In this document: piece after piece, positions 1 to 10,844 of the stretch
Position numbering within the stretch: position 1 is the stretch's first letter
How the letters are laid out: each line of letters starts with the position of its first letter
Source of the DNA: an uncultured virus (IMG/VR IMGVR_UViG_3300011472_000011)
Taxonomy: Duplodnaviria; Heunggongvirae; Uroviricota; Caudoviricetes
IMG/VR virus record: IMGVR_UViG_3300011472_000011
Span: 1 to 64,000 of that record
Direction: 5' to 3' (one strand)
Length of the DNA: 64,000 bases
Position numbers and translations under genes: made by a program
Notes under the pieces: generated by a model
What the model saw: only the letters and a program-made list of their open reading frames with translations
The model's database searches: none
Told to the model about the DNA's origin: nothing

Positions 1-98
1 ACAGAGGTATTGAAATTCCAACAAAAATTAACTTAGTACAAATTTATATAAACTATAAGTACATTTTTTAAGACTTAGAACACACTTGGTTTAAGTGG

Positions 99-127
99 AG
101 TCTACCTCATAATTTAAACCTTGTCAA
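99..127 (-). promoter_or_regulatory. sigma-A-type promoter pointing out of the window
   Basis: Minus strand TTGACA-17 bp-TAGACT. Confidence 0.55.
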
Positions 128-130
128 GTA

Positions 131-652
131 TTAAATTACATGTTCAATCATATCATATACATCATATTCAAAATGTATTATCTTCTTTCTTTGCTTAAGC
201 TGATAGCCTAAATGTTTACAATCATCTTCATTTATTGACGTTTTATTTGTCTTATTCTTAAAATTGACAAACCTTTTTATAGGTACAAAATATACTGAAT
301 TTTCTTTAGTATAAGGAAATTTTTTATACTGTCTTTCTCTAAAATTGAACAAGAACCCTGCTATAATTCCATTTACTTCAGAAGCTTCCATTAAGCTATC
401 AATCTGATGTTGTTTAATTATCTTTTCTGAAAAACTGAAGCTTGTTCCTTTTGTGCTTTTCATCTCAAGTAAAAATAAATTAGGATGCTTGTACATGATA
501 AAATCACAAGGATTTTGAGCAACTCTTACCTTTTCTATTTTTCCATGAAAAGCTGAATCTTTAAAACGTTCAATATATATATCAGGGTATAGTTCTGCAC
601 TATCTCTAAAATCTTTTTCAAATTGTTTACCTGTGTCATTACCTATTGTCAT
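131..652 (-). CDS. recU: Holliday junction resolvase, RecU family
   Basis: GKQFE...PCDF...LLEMKST...IKQHQI RecU-type motifs. Confidence 0.8.
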   Translation of the reverse strand: MTIGNDTGKQFEKDFRDSAELYPDIYIERFKDSAFHGKIEKVRVAQNPCDFIMYKHPNLFLLEMKSTKGTSFSFSEKIIKQHQIDSLMEASEVNGIIAGFLFNFRERQYKKFPYTKENSVYFVPIKRFVNFKNKTNKTSINEDDCKHLGYQLKQRKKIIHFEYDVYDMIEHVI

Positions 653-1084
653 TTAAACTCTCCTTATTGCAGTAGTAGCTTTAGGAGCTTGTACAGGATT
701 TAATAAATTGTTATAAAATCTCTCAAATTCCAAACTAATAAATGGGTTTATAGTAAATGGTATATCCCTAGCAAGGCAAAATCCTATTTCCATATTACAA
801 CCTTTGCTTTTTTCATAATCTCCAAATACCCACATTTCAGTACATTGATCTAATAACCACAAGCACATTTCAATTCCAGTAATATAATTAACTGCATCAT
901 AAGCATATGAAAAACAATGTACTGGACTTATGAATAAAAAGTTTGGAAATTCCTTTATCAATCTATTTATAATTTTTCCTATAATTTCTGTGTTTTCTGG
1001 TAAACCACCAGACGGATGACTTATATAAACTATTTTTTCATACTGCTTCATTTCTTCCTCCAATAACTTTATTTCAAGTTGCAA
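653..1084 (-). CDS. DUF4406/nucleoside 2-deoxyribosyltransferase-like protein
   Basis: YISHP...ISPVH...LLDQC.EMWVFGD..KSKGCNME pattern. Confidence 0.6.
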   Translation of the reverse strand: MQLEIKLLEEEMKQYEKIVYISHPSGGLPENTEIIGKIINRLIKEFPNFLFISPVHCFSYAYDAVNYITGIEMCLWLLDQCTEMWVFGDYEKSKGCNMEIGFCLARDIPFTINPFISLEFERFYNNLLNPVQAPKATTAIRRV

Positions 1085-1105
1085 TTAAGTTTAAGTAAGA
1101 TTGTA

Positions 1106-3070
1106 TTATATTATGTCCTCATGGATATATTCATCTTCTTCACCAATAAGTTCCTGTAAAAACCTACTTTTCTCCCATGTATAATCGTTATATATATCTG
1201 TCCAACTCATATAAAGCAACTTCTTTGCTCTTGTCATTCCGACATAGGCTAATCTACGTTCTTCTTCCAACTGAGACAACATATCCATAGACTTTGAATG
1301 AGGTAGTATTCCATCATTCATACCTATCAAAAATACTACCGGAAATTCCAATCCCTTACTTTTGTGAAGACTCATGAGCTTAACTTTTTCTCTATTGTCA
1401 GTTTCATTTTCTTTTACTGTTGAATTTTGCATATCTTCAACATAATCTAATAAGTCTTGTACGCTTTGAAATTTTATTGCTGTTGAGAGGAAACTATTCA
1501 ACCCTTCAAGAATTTCTTCATTAGCGTCATCTTCATCATATGTGCTTAAAAACCAATCATCGTATTCTACTTCTTGTCTTATATATCTAAGCAAAACACT
1601 AGGTTTCATATCTTTTCTACTTGCTAGGTCATTAATAAAAGCTTCTAAAAAATTAACCCCATTTTTATATTGCCAGCTAGATTTCAATTCTTTACATTCA
1701 CACATAGCCTGAAATAATGATAGGTTATTTTTATATGAATATGCTTTAACCTTTTCTATAAAAGCCTTTCCTAAGTATCTGTTAGGCTTGTTGTAAATTC
1801 TTTCAAAAGATTCTTCATTATCAGGATTTTGCGATAATTTCAAATAAGCTATCATATCTTGTATTTCTTTTCTGTTATAGAAATTAAATGAGCCTATAAC
1901 TTGATATAATATACTTTCCTTTGCTAAAGCTTCTTCTACAGCTTTTGATTGAACATTGGTTCTATAAAGTACAACAAAATCATTCTCTGTATAACCATTT
2001 TGCAACATGTGCCTTATTTGAATTGTTATATCTTGAGCCTCTTCCTCTGCATCTTCAAAATGTCGTACAAATGGCTCCTTGTATTTAGGTGCAAATGCTA
2101 CAGATGTTTTATCAAGTTGTTGTGTATTATACTTAACCAACTCATTAGACCATTCAACAATATCTGATGATGAACGATAATTAGTCTCAAGTATGATTTT
2201 CTTTACATTATCCCATTCATTTTCAAAGTTCAGAATTATACTTACATCTCCTGCTCTAAAACCGTAAATTGATTGTAAATCGTCACCTACTACAAATACA
2301 TTTTGATGTTGCTCACCTAGCATTTTAAGTATTTCATTTTGAGCTTTATTAGTATCCTGAAATTCATCAACTAAAATATATTCCCATTTGTTTTGATATC
2401 TTGCTCTTATTTTAGGATTATTCTTTAATAATGAATAACAAGCTGTCAGCATATCATCAAAATCTATATAGTTATTTTCTCTTTTAGCATATTCATATTG
2501 TCTATACACGCCTTGAAGCTTCCCTCTTAAGAAATCTATTGAAGAAGGTATTTTAAACTTGCTTTCATCTTCGTAATCTATAAGATTATTCTTCTGATAT
2601 CCTATGAATCCTAAAGCTTGTCTAGGTGTCCAGTTTAAGTTAACTCCATATGGATACTTATTACTTCTTGGTAGCATTGCTTCTTTTACAATTTTTGTTT
2701 GCCACCAGGAAGGAGCTACCTCCTTGAATCTCATTTGTGGAACTTCATCTCTTAACATAGCAAAGCAAATACTATGAAAGGTTCCCATATTAACACTATC
2801 TGCTTTGTCTCCAATGATATCTCTTAGTTTGCCTTGCATATCTTCTGCTGATTTTTTAGTAAATGTCACAGCTAATATTGCAGACGGTTCAACATTATGT
2901 TCTTCTATTAAATTAGCTATTCTATTAGTTAATACTGTACTTTTCCCAGAGCCTGCACTTGCAAGTACAAGACAAGCTCCATTTTTGTGTAGAATAGCTT
3001 CTTTTTGATTAGGATTAAATCTATCTAAATTTATTATATCGCTACCTCCGCAGCTCCTAATATTAAGCAT
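1106..3070 (-). CDS. pcrA: ATP-dependent DNA helicase, UvrD/PcrA family (true start probably ATA at 3037)
   Basis: ASAGSGKS Walker A, VDEFQDTN, VGDDLQSIYGFR, HKSKGLEF, EERRLAYVGMTRA. Confidence 0.93.
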   Translation of the reverse strand: MLNIRSCGGSDIINLDRFNPNQKEAILHKNGACLVLASAGSGKSTVLTNRIANLIEEHNVEPSAILAVTFTKKSAEDMQGKLRDIIGDKADSVNMGTFHSICFAMLRDEVPQMRFKEVAPSWWQTKIVKEAMLPRSNKYPYGVNLNWTPRQALGFIGYQKNNLIDYEDESKFKIPSSIDFLRGKLQGVYRQYEYAKRENNYIDFDDMLTACYSLLKNNPKIRARYQNKWEYILVDEFQDTNKAQNEILKMLGEQHQNVFVVGDDLQSIYGFRAGDVSIILNFENEWDNVKKIILETNYRSSSDIVEWSNELVKYNTQQLDKTSVAFAPKYKEPFVRHFEDAEEEAQDITIQIRHMLQNGYTENDFVVLYRTNVQSKAVEEALAKESILYQVIGSFNFYNRKEIQDMIAYLKLSQNPDNEESFERIYNKPNRYLGKAFIEKVKAYSYKNNLSLFQAMCECKELKSSWQYKNGVNFLEAFINDLASRKDMKPSVLLRYIRQEVEYDDWFLSTYDEDDANEEILEGLNSFLSTAIKFQSVQDLLDYVEDMQNSTVKENETDNREKVKLMSLHKSKGLEFPVVFLIGMNDGILPHSKSMDMLSQLEEERRLAYVGMTRAKKLLYMSWTDIYNDYTWEKSRFLQELIGEEDEYIHEDII

Positions 3071-6000
3071 TTTTCAGCTTGTTTTTGAGCCTTAATCTTA
3101 ACTATTTTCCCTTTTTCTAATCTACTGTGAATCCTTGAATATACATCTGGAAAGCATACTCCTTCTCTATTCCCCTCTGCTGTGAATATAGTTATAAATG
3201 CCATCTCTCTTCCTTTCTGTCTACCTTTTTTAATCTTAGTCTTACTTACAGAAAGAATAGCACCTTCAAACACTAATTCTGAATCTTCTTCGTAATCTTC
3301 CCATTTAGTTTCAACTTCTTGAAATGGCGATCCTTTTATAAAGAAAGACAATGTATCGAACTCCCAGATATATTCATTTCCTGTTAATACATCTTCTTCC
3401 CATTTTTGAGCATGTTTTTGTTTTCTCCAGTTGTTCATAGCTTCTAAGCATATTTCAGGATTTATTGATTCTTGTTTTGTAATTATTTTTTCTTCGATTA
3501 ATTGAGCTATATGATTCTTGTTGAGCTTATTAATTGGCTTAACATCATCTTTTCCTTCTATATATCTTAGATTTCCGTACTGTTTTAACAGTTCTTCTCT
3601 TGAAAGCTTTTCAATATTATCAAAACACCCTGACTTAATAAGATTAACTATTACTGTCTTATTTAAGTTAACTCCATTCTTTCCCATGAAATGACCAAAG
3701 CTTATATATGGTCTATTTTGAATGATTAGCTCTATGACATCTATACCTATTCCTTTTATTAAACTTAGCCCATAAAGTATTTCATTATTCATAGGAATAA
3801 ACTTAACGTATGAATAATTTACGTCAGGATTCTTTACGTTGATTCCCATTTCTTTTGTCTTTAGAATATATTTACCTACAGCTTCATAATCAGTTTGTCC
3901 ACTTTCTTTTCTTTGGTTTGATATTAACGAACTCATGTATTCAACTGAATGATTGGCTTTTAGGTATGCAGTCTTATATGAAGTTGTCCCATAGCCTGTA
4001 GCGTGTGATTTATTAAAGAGATATCCACCCATTGTTATAAATAAATCCCTTAATTTGGAACATACTTCTTCTGAATATCCACATTCTAATGCTCTTTTGT
4101 AGAATTTTTCAGCTTGATCTCTAACTATTTTTTTATCTTTTTTACCTAGACCTTTACGCAAATCATCAGCTTCAGCATCTGAGAAACCTGCAAACTTTTT
4201 AGCTATTTGCATAACTTGTTCTTGGTAAATCAAACTACCATATGTTTCTTTTAATATAGGTTCCAAGTCTGGATGTATATATGTTACTTTTTCTCTGCCA
4301 TGTTTTCTTTCTATGTAATGGTTAAGTTCTCTCATTGTATCTGGTCTATAAAGTGCCAGTATTGCGATTAAATCTTCCATATCTTTAGGCTCAACTCTTA
4401 TGCAAGTTTCTTTCATGCCATCACTTTCTATCTGGAAGATGCCATCTGTCTTACCTGACTGAATAAGTTTAAATGTTTTTTCATCACATAAATTATTTAA
4501 GTCAAAAATTCCATCATCTTTTCCTATTAAGTTTAAGCAATCTTGTATTGTGTCTAATACAATAACACCTAAACAGTCCATTTTTACCAATCCAACTTCT
4601 TCAACGTTGTGCATTTCAAATTGAGTTATTTCTTCTTTATCTTTAGATAAAGCTGTTGCTGTAAAATCTGACATATCCATATCAGATCTACATAGAACAA
4701 TTCCACCTGCATGTACACTTATATTCCTTGTTAATCCTTCTAGTTTTTTTGATATCGCAAACCATTCAGGATATTTGCTCTCATATTCCTTAAGCTTATC
4801 GCTGTTTTCGATAGCACTATTTAATGACGTTAAATCTGGTATTAATTTTTTAACATCTGTTACGGTTGAGTATGGAATTCCTAAAACTTTACCAACTGAT
4901 TCTATGGCTGCCTTTGCTTGCAATGTTCCAAAAGTACATATTTGAGCAACTTTATCATGTCCTAATTCATCTTTAAGTAAATTAATTAAATCTTGTTTTC
5001 TTGATGATTGAATATCAAGGTCAATATCTGGTAAGCTCTTTCTTTCTAATGTCAAGAACCTTGAGAAATTCAAGTTATATCTAATACTATCAATGTTTGT
5101 AATATGCATTAGATAGCAAATTAAACTTCCTCCTGCTGAACCTCTACCATCACCTGTAGCAATATTGTTTTCTCTCGCTATTTGAAGTATCCTTCTAACC
5201 CATAAGAAATAGCCACTAAAGCCTTTTTTTGATATTACATCGAATTCTTCTTTCGCTCTGTCTATATATGCTTTTTGGGTTTCTTTATCAAATTTATTTA
5301 TGTTTCTTGTTTTCCAACCCTGCTGAACAAGATACCATAAATATTGATCTTCAGGAGTTAATTCAATATCTTGAGCAGAAATAAAATCTTTAGGTAATGG
5401 ATAATCAGGCATATATGATTTTCCTAATTCTATTTCAACATTGCACATATCAGCTATTTTATGAGTATTTTCTATGGCTTCAAGGATATCATCAACATTC
5501 ATATACTCTGATAAAACTTCAATAACTTCATCTTCTGTTTTTAACCAACAATCTTTGTATAATTCATTTTCACTGTCTTTTGATATTTTAATAAATATAC
5601 CATGAGTATCAAAATCTTCTTTTTTAAGAAAATGAACATCTGATGTTACTATTAGGGGTACTCCTGTAATCTTTGATAATTCAATGATACTGCAATTGAT
5701 TCTCCTTTGTTCATCATTATCATGTGATTGTATTTCTAAATAAAAATCTTCAAAGGTTTCTTTATATTTGTTTATTGTATTTATAATATCTTGTTTACTG
5801 AATCCAGCTTTAATCATTCTTGGAATTCTTCCGGCTAAACAGGCACTTGATATTATTAATCCTTCTTTATATTTTTTTAACATTTCAAAGCTTATTCTTG
5901 GTTTATAATAAAAATTTTCTTTATTGAATCCTAAACTACTAAGTTTTTTAAGGTTTTTATATCCTATATTATTTTTAGCTATTACAATTATGTGATTATA

Positions 6001-6240
6001 TCTAGCAGAGGAATCTTTGCTAGATAAGTCCTCTGCTTCATATAATTCGCAACCTAATATGGGTTTTATATCTTGTTTTTTACATTCTTTATAAAAATCA
6101 ACCAAAGAGGAAACATATCCGTGATCTGTACATGATATAGCTTTCATTCCTAGTTCTTTTGCTCTTTTAGGAAGTTCCGGTATTTTTACCGTCGAATCTA
6201 GTATAGAACCACGTTCAGTATGTACATGTAAATGAATCAT
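3034..6240 (-). CDS. dnaE: DNA polymerase III alpha subunit (PHP + polymerase + OB), no intein
   Basis: HLHVHT, TDHG, GRGSAGGS, PDIDLD, KMDCLG, FNKSHA motifs. Confidence 0.95.
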   Translation of the reverse strand: MIHLHVHTERGSILDSTVKIPELPKRAKELGMKAISCTDHGYVSSLVDFYKECKKQDIKPILGCELYEAEDLSSKDSSARYNHIIVIAKNNIGYKNLKKLSSLGFNKENFYYKPRISFEMLKKYKEGLIISSACLAGRIPRMIKAGFSKQDIINTINKYKETFEDFYLEIQSHDNDEQRRINCSIIELSKITGVPLIVTSDVHFLKKEDFDTHGIFIKISKDSENELYKDCWLKTEDEVIEVLSEYMNVDDILEAIENTHKIADMCNVEIELGKSYMPDYPLPKDFISAQDIELTPEDQYLWYLVQQGWKTRNINKFDKETQKAYIDRAKEEFDVISKKGFSGYFLWVRRILQIARENNIATGDGRGSAGGSLICYLMHITNIDSIRYNLNFSRFLTLERKSLPDIDLDIQSSRKQDLINLLKDELGHDKVAQICTFGTLQAKAAIESVGKVLGIPYSTVTDVKKLIPDLTSLNSAIENSDKLKEYESKYPEWFAISKKLEGLTRNISVHAGGIVLCRSDMDMSDFTATALSKDKEEITQFEMHNVEEVGLVKMDCLGVIVLDTIQDCLNLIGKDDGIFDLNNLCDEKTFKLIQSGKTDGIFQIESDGMKETCIRVEPKDMEDLIAILALYRPDTMRELNHYIERKHGREKVTYIHPDLEPILKETYGSLIYQEQVMQIAKKFAGFSDAEADDLRKGLGKKDKKIVRDQAEKFYKRALECGYSEEVCSKLRDLFITMGGYLFNKSHATGYGTTSYKTAYLKANHSVEYMSSLISNQRKESGQTDYEAVGKYILKTKEMGINVKNPDVNYSYVKFIPMNNEILYGLSLIKGIGIDVIELIIQNRPYISFGHFMGKNGVNLNKTVIVNLIKSGCFDNIEKLSREELLKQYGNLRYIEGKDDVKPINKLNKNHIAQLIEEKIITKQESINPEICLEAMNNWRKQKHAQKWEEDVLTGNEYIWEFDTLSFFIKGSPFQEVETKWEDYEEDSELVFEGAILSVSKTKIKKGRQKGREMAFITIFTAEGNREGVCFPDVYSRIHSRLEKGKIVKIKAQKQAEKCLILGAAEVAI

Positions 6241-6413
6241 TTATCGTTCTCCTTGCCTATACTTTGTTCACAAATCCTACATATACTTAATTCTTTACAA
6301 CAATCGTTGCAAATGTCTGTTCCATTGATATAATTACTTGAAAACTTCCCGCACACTTTACATTTGAAAAATTTAATTCCTTTTGCTATCATACATTTTT
6401 TGTGTTTTTGCAT
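6237..6413 (-). CDS. 58-aa Cys-rich (zinc-finger-like) protein, not in ORF track
   Basis: MQKHKKC...CKVC...CNDCC...CRIC; its stop overlaps the dnaE start (ATGA); upstream GGGGA RBS. Confidence 0.65.
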   Translation of the reverse strand: MQKHKKCMIAKGIKFFKCKVCGKFSSNYINGTDICNDCCKELSICRICEQSIGKENDK

Positions 6414-6418
6414 AATGT

Positions 6419-7327
6419 TTATTTTTCCCCTTCATAATATACTGATAATAAATACATTAAATCTTCTATATGTTTTAAAGGAAACCCGGCAGCCTGTGCA
6501 TGTCCACCACCACCAAAGAATTCAGCATATTCAGAGCAATCCACATCTTTTCTACTTCTAATTGAAACTGCTTCATTTGTTAAATTTAATAACAAAGCAA
6601 TATCTATTTCTTCATTTTCTTGTAACATAAGTTCAGCTAAATCATTTATATTTCTATCAGCAATTACCATTCCAATTTTGTAATGTTTGTCCTTTATTTC
6701 ATCATCAAATATTCTAATCTTGCTTGCCATTTTCTTTATATATTTATTATTTTGATAATTAATAGTATCTATCAAAAATTTTTCTTCATCTATAAAGCTA
6801 GTATCTGAATTATTTAGAAATCTATCTATAAATATACTTCTTGGAATGTTCGAAAATAAAGTATTCAATTGTTTTGATTCTGGATATTTATGAACCCATA
6901 AATCATAGTCGTTAGCCAAAGTTGTTAATTGAATAAACTCTGGTAAAACATTTTTAAATGTTTCATATACCAACATTGAAGCTGAATAATTAATATCCAC
7001 TACTGCCCATAAATATTGATTTAAAAATATTGCTGTTTTATGATGATCTATCAAAAGCACCGAAGTATATAATCTGTAATAGCTTTCTAATAACTTTGCA
7101 GTCTCTAAATCTACAGATATGTCCGTTATTATTATAGGTCTATATCTTCTTTGCTCTTTTTCTGTCGAAAGAATTCTTCTAACCGTTTCATTTACATCTT
7201 TATAATCGCATACGTGAGTTTCTTCTATATTAACTGCTTTTTTTGCTAATATTTCACAAACAGCTCCATCTAAGTCATTGTGAGTTATTAATATTGCATT
7301 ATCATATTGATTTATATTTTTAATCAT
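6419..7327 (-). CDS. DHH/DHHA1 phosphoesterase (oligoribonuclease/RecJ-like family)
   Basis: HNDLDG, ITD, IDHH, GGGGHAQAAG. Confidence 0.85.
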   Translation of the reverse strand: MIKNINQYDNAILITHNDLDGAVCEILAKKAVNIEETHVCDYKDVNETVRRILSTEKEQRRYRPIIITDISVDLETAKLLESYYRLYTSVLLIDHHKTAIFLNQYLWAVVDINYSASMLVYETFKNVLPEFIQLTTLANDYDLWVHKYPESKQLNTLFSNIPRSIFIDRFLNNSDTSFIDEEKFLIDTINYQNNKYIKKMASKIRIFDDEIKDKHYKIGMVIADRNINDLAELMLQENEEIDIALLLNLTNEAVSIRSRKDVDCSEYAEFFGGGGHAQAAGFPLKHIEDLMYLLSVYYEGEK

Positions 7328-7346
7328 TAAATCACCTTACCTTTTT

Positions 7347-7378
7347 AAAAGTAAGTTGGGAGTATTTCATCCCAACTT
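7347..7378 (-). terminator. hairpin/weak intrinsic terminator
   Basis: AAGTTGGGA-8 nt-TCCCAACTT followed by ACTTTT on minus strand. Confidence 0.45.
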
Positions 7379-7379
7379 G

Positions 7380-7871
7380 TTATCTTATTCTTATATGTTT
7401 CCCTCTATTTAACTTAACACCATATATAGCTTGTCCTGAGTTTAAATCTTCTTTTAGCAGCGTACTATCAAGTTTTGTTATAGTCTCAGTTTTATAATAT
7501 TTTTCGGGAATTAAAGATTCATCAGCTACTTCTAATGATGGTTGACTATTATTGCATACACTAATACTGAACATGTCAGTTTTAATCTTATCCTTTTTTG
7601 TCGCTATCATTGCTTCTTTTAAATTATCTTTTAACCACTTAACCTTATTTTCAAGAGTATCTTTTCTATTCTGCATCCTCTTGATTTCACTTTCTAAGGC
7701 TTGAATGTTGTAATTTTGTTGAGTAATTATTCTTGCATAATTCTCAGCCTTAATATCTATTAAATCTTCAATACTTTCTATGGTATCTGCCAATTCTTCA
7801 ATAGTTGCTTCATCATTTTCAATAAGTTCTTGTAACTTTAAATAGCTATATTTTAATTCATATAAGTTCAT
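7380..7871 (-). CDS. Siphovirus Gp157 family protein
   Basis: MNLYEL...KAENY...EIKRMQ.RK...KIKTDMFSISV...IPEKY...G..L....HIRIR. Confidence 0.85.
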   Translation of the reverse strand: MNLYELKYSYLKLQELIENDEATIEELADTIESIEDLIDIKAENYARIITQQNYNIQALESEIKRMQNRKDTLENKVKWLKDNLKEAMIATKKDKIKTDMFSISVCNNSQPSLEVADESLIPEKYYKTETITKLDSTLLKEDLNSGQAIYGVKLNRGKHIRIR

Positions 7872-7881
7872 TGATTTTCTC

Positions 7882-8550
7882 CTATTTTTCAGGTGTAAGA
7901 ATATACTTCACATCTTTGTCAATTATTTCTCTGTCTTTTATTTCAGTGCAGTCTTTAATTTTGATGATTATACTTTCTTCCGAAATTCCATTTTTCCAAT
8001 TAGAATTATAGCTACCCATAACTTCATATTTTGATGTTCTATTATCTCTTACAACAGATGCTACACCAATGTGTTTTCCATTATCTTTGTCAAAAATATT
8101 AACTACATCTCCTACTTTTAACTTATTGCCAGCAATATCTACTAATGTAGTTTCTTCTCCAATATATCCTAAAAATTCTTTTTCAAAAATCCAACTATCA
8201 TTAAATACTAAATGTGGTTTAAATTCAGTTTGTTTAATTTTTTCAGTCATTCTGGCATAAGCTAAATCAGCACCAATTCTAAAATTAAACTCATCATCTG
8301 GATGGCATCTAGCAACACCTTTGATAATTGAACCATCTTTTTTGCAATATCTTGCAGTTGTTTTCTTACCATCATGAGTTATTTCAATTTTTTCAACAAC
8401 CTGTGTTGTTGTATTATTTTTCAGTTCAAAGTCACTAACTACTACACCATACATTTGTCCGCTTGGTATAAATCCTAAGACACTTTTGATTACATTCTCC
8501 ATGTCCTTTTTAGTTACATAAGTTGCTGCATACCTACAATTATTTTTCAT
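7882..8550 (-). CDS. hypothetical phage protein
   Basis: ORF with RBS; GVARCHPDDEFN...G..LA motif common in phage proteins. Confidence 0.6.
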   Translation of the reverse strand: MKNNCRYAATYVTKKDMENVIKSVLGFIPSGQMYGVVVSDFELKNNTTTQVVEKIEITHDGKKTTARYCKKDGSIIKGVARCHPDDEFNFRIGADLAYARMTEKIKQTEFKPHLVFNDSWIFEKEFLGYIGEETTLVDIAGNKLKVGDVVNIFDKDNGKHIGVASVVRDNRTSKYEVMGSYNSNWKNGISEESIIIKIKDCTEIKDREIIDKDVKYILTPEK

Positions 8551-8606
8551 AATTTTCTCCTAGTTTTTATTTTTTACTTTATTTCAATTTGAAATAAAGT
8601 TTAGTT

Positions 8607-9311
8607 TTAAGTAAGATTGTTTTTTAAGCTTAGCTCTTTAATCTCATCTATTGTATTAATTACTTTATTACTATATCCTGTTGAATATATACCACTATTG
8701 ATTTTCTTTCTTGCTCCGGCTTCACCCATATTGTAAGACATATATTTTTGGTGTCCTTCATATTTTAATGAATTGAGTATATATACTCCTGCTGTTATAT
8801 TTTGATATGGGTCTTTCAAGTCTGTTATACCTAAATCTTTTAACCAATTTATATTAACTGTATTAATTTGAAATAAACCAGTATCCACTGTTCCATTATC
8901 ATTATAATTTAAAGCTTTAGTATTAAAACTTGGATTTTCAGTCATCATTACAGCCAGTGCTTCTTCATAAGTTACATTCTCATATTTTAAGCATTCATCA
9001 TATAAAAACTCTTGCAATTCCTTAGATAAACTTATTTCTGAAATAAAATATTTATTCTGTTTATCAATAACCTCTAATAAGTTCTGTATTTCTCGTCTTT
9101 GATTCTCAATAGTCCAATTAGCTTCACTCATGTCATTGCTTAGCATATGATTAAACGCTACTTCTCTATAATATTTTTCTTGTGAAATATTTAAAGCATT
9201 CCTTACATCGCTTAGGTTTGTAAGCATCACATAAAAAGCTATAGAAAATCCAATAATGAATGAAGTCATTCCTACTACAAAATCTCTATCTCTCATTCTT
9301 TCATCATCCAT
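8607..9311 (-). CDS. membrane-anchored lytic transglycosylase (SLT domain)
   Basis: N-terminal TM helix and coiled coil; AVMMTE, D.GLFQIN, NITAG..IL, SYNMG. Confidence 0.8.
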   Translation of the reverse strand: MDDERMRDRDFVVGMTSFIIGFSIAFYVMLTNLSDVRNALNISQEKYYREVAFNHMLSNDMSEANWTIENQRREIQNLLEVIDKQNKYFISEISLSKELQEFLYDECLKYENVTYEEALAVMMTENPSFNTKALNYNDNGTVDTGLFQINTVNINWLKDLGITDLKDPYQNITAGVYILNSLKYEGHQKYMSYNMGEAGARKKINSGIYSTGYSNKVINTIDEIKELSLKNNLT

Positions 9312-9333
9312 AATTTTGTCCTCAATATTATTT

Positions 9334-9999
9334 TTACAGTCCCCAATTTCCTATAACTGCATCGGCATATATTTTGCTCCAATTTTCTAATGATTTATAT
9401 TTATTTATTACTTCATTTCTTGACATAAATATTGCCTCAAGTTTTTCAGTTTCTTTAATTTTAATAGGCTGTATTGATTTAATTTCAATATTAAACACTA
9501 GCCCTAAATGATCTTGGCTAACTTCGATACTATTGTCATTTATAAGTCCTAAAAAAGATATATCCATATCTGTTGCTGCTGAAATATCAATTTCTTCCTT
9601 CATTTCTCTTTTTAAAGCGTTACTGATAAATTCAATACTTATATCAGAATAATCTTCCGGAGATATATGTCCACCTACGCCTAATGATATTTGAGATCGA
9701 AGCCTCTCATCGCCTTTTAGTCTCTTTGTTGCAAGGTATTTATCGTTGTTAGTGATCACAGCATATGTAATTATTTGTTTGTAGTCTGGATTCATTTCCA
9801 CTTCACCTCTTAATTTAAAAAACCCTACCTTAGTTATTGAAGCAAAAATATTGTCACTACATGAGATAAATTGAGTTTCTTTTGTAATACATCTTGGAAC
9901 ATCATTAAAAGGAACTACAAAAACCTGTTCATCCCCATATTTTTCTTTTAATTGTGTTTTAATTATCTTTTCTTCTAATTTTGTCATAATGTCCTCCAT
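9334..9999 (-). CDS. NUDIX-family phosphoesterase
   Basis: YKQII.Y, SLGVGGHI, REMKEEI, HLGLVF, LENWS. Confidence 0.75.
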   Translation of the reverse strand: MEDIMTKLEEKIIKTQLKEKYGDEQVFVVPFNDVPRCITKETQFISCSDNIFASITKVGFFKLRGEVEMNPDYKQIITYAVITNNDKYLATKRLKGDERLRSQISLGVGGHISPEDYSDISIEFISNALKREMKEEIDISAATDMDISFLGLINDNSIEVSQDHLGLVFNIEIKSIQPIKIKETEKLEAIFMSRNEVINKYKSLENWSKIYADAVIGNWGL

Positions 10000-10018
10000 A
10001 TTTTTTTATATTAAACTG

Positions 10019-10522
10019 TTAATCAGTCCAATCTAATTCATTTTTTAGTTGTTTCTGTACTTTATCTACTATTCTTTTTAAAACATATCTCGACTTGCAA
10101 TATTTTGATTCAAGCTTTTTGTATGGAAGTTGATGAACATATCTATCAATAAAGATATCTGCTTCTGTTCTATCTGATATTATTCTTTTGATTTCATTTA
10201 TTAAAAGCCCATCCATAATGCTATCTTCAATACATTTTTCACTAAGCTCACATTCTGGTAAATATTCTCTTCCAACAGTTATTTTCATTTTTCTCAGCCA
10301 ATCTATTACATCGAATTTTATTTCTCTATATAAATAATTTATCTTTTTTACGCCCTCGACCTCTTTGTGTTTTTGTAAGGCTTGCCAAAGTGCTATTGTT
10401 ACAACCTGTTTTAGTTCATCTTTTTCTATATACTCTGGCACAAATTTAAAACTATTTGTTATTTTATAAATTAGCTTATCATACTGTCTAATTTCTTTTT
10501 CTATATCATTAATTTTACTCAC
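10019..10522 (-). CDS. phage sigma-70-family sigma factor-like protein
   Basis: Region 2-like DELKQ...ALWQA...YLYREI...DWLRK and C-terminal HTH-like region. Confidence 0.65.
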   Translation of the reverse strand: MSKINDIEKEIRQYDKLIYKITNSFKFVPEYIEKDELKQVVTIALWQALQKHKEVEGVKKINYLYREIKFDVIDWLRKMKITVGREYLPECELSEKCIEDSIMDGLLINEIKRIISDRTEADIFIDRYVHQLPYKKLESKYCKSRYVLKRIVDKVQKQLKNELDWTD

Positions 10523-10579
10523 CTGCTTTAATCTTAAGCAAGCTCGTGTTTTGCATTAAGTTAATAAACTTTATTATTT

Positions 10580-10609
10580 ATAATAACATACAAGCTTGCT
10601 TAAAGTCAA
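10580..10609 (-). promoter_or_regulatory. sigma-A promoter of the sigma gene, with an inverted copy of the repeated 14-bp element in its spacer
   Basis: TTGACT-18 bp-TATTAT with TG extension; element copies at 10590-10603 and 10534-10547. Confidence 0.6.
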
Positions 10610-10614
10610 CATTT

Positions 10615-10842
10615 TCAATTAAATAATTTTTTAAAATTAACTAACATTTTTTCATTTTTATTAATTTTTTCATCTACATCTGATATTGTTTTATTAAGTG
10701 TTCCAATTTCCTGTTCTATTTCTGTTTTTAGTGAAACATATTCTTGATTACTTTTTTCTAAATTCTGAATAGCTTTATCAAATACTTTAACTGCGTTTGA
10801 TACTTGTGTTTCTAATAACTTTAATTTTAAGTTATAGCTCAT
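10615..10842 (-). CDS. small coiled-coil protein
   Basis: Heptad-rich 75-aa ORF in operon. Confidence 0.6.
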   Translation of the reverse strand: MSYNLKLKLLETQVSNAVKVFDKAIQNLEKSNQEYVSLKTEIEQEIGTLNKTISDVDEKINKNEKMLVNFKKLFN

Positions 10843-10844
10843 TT

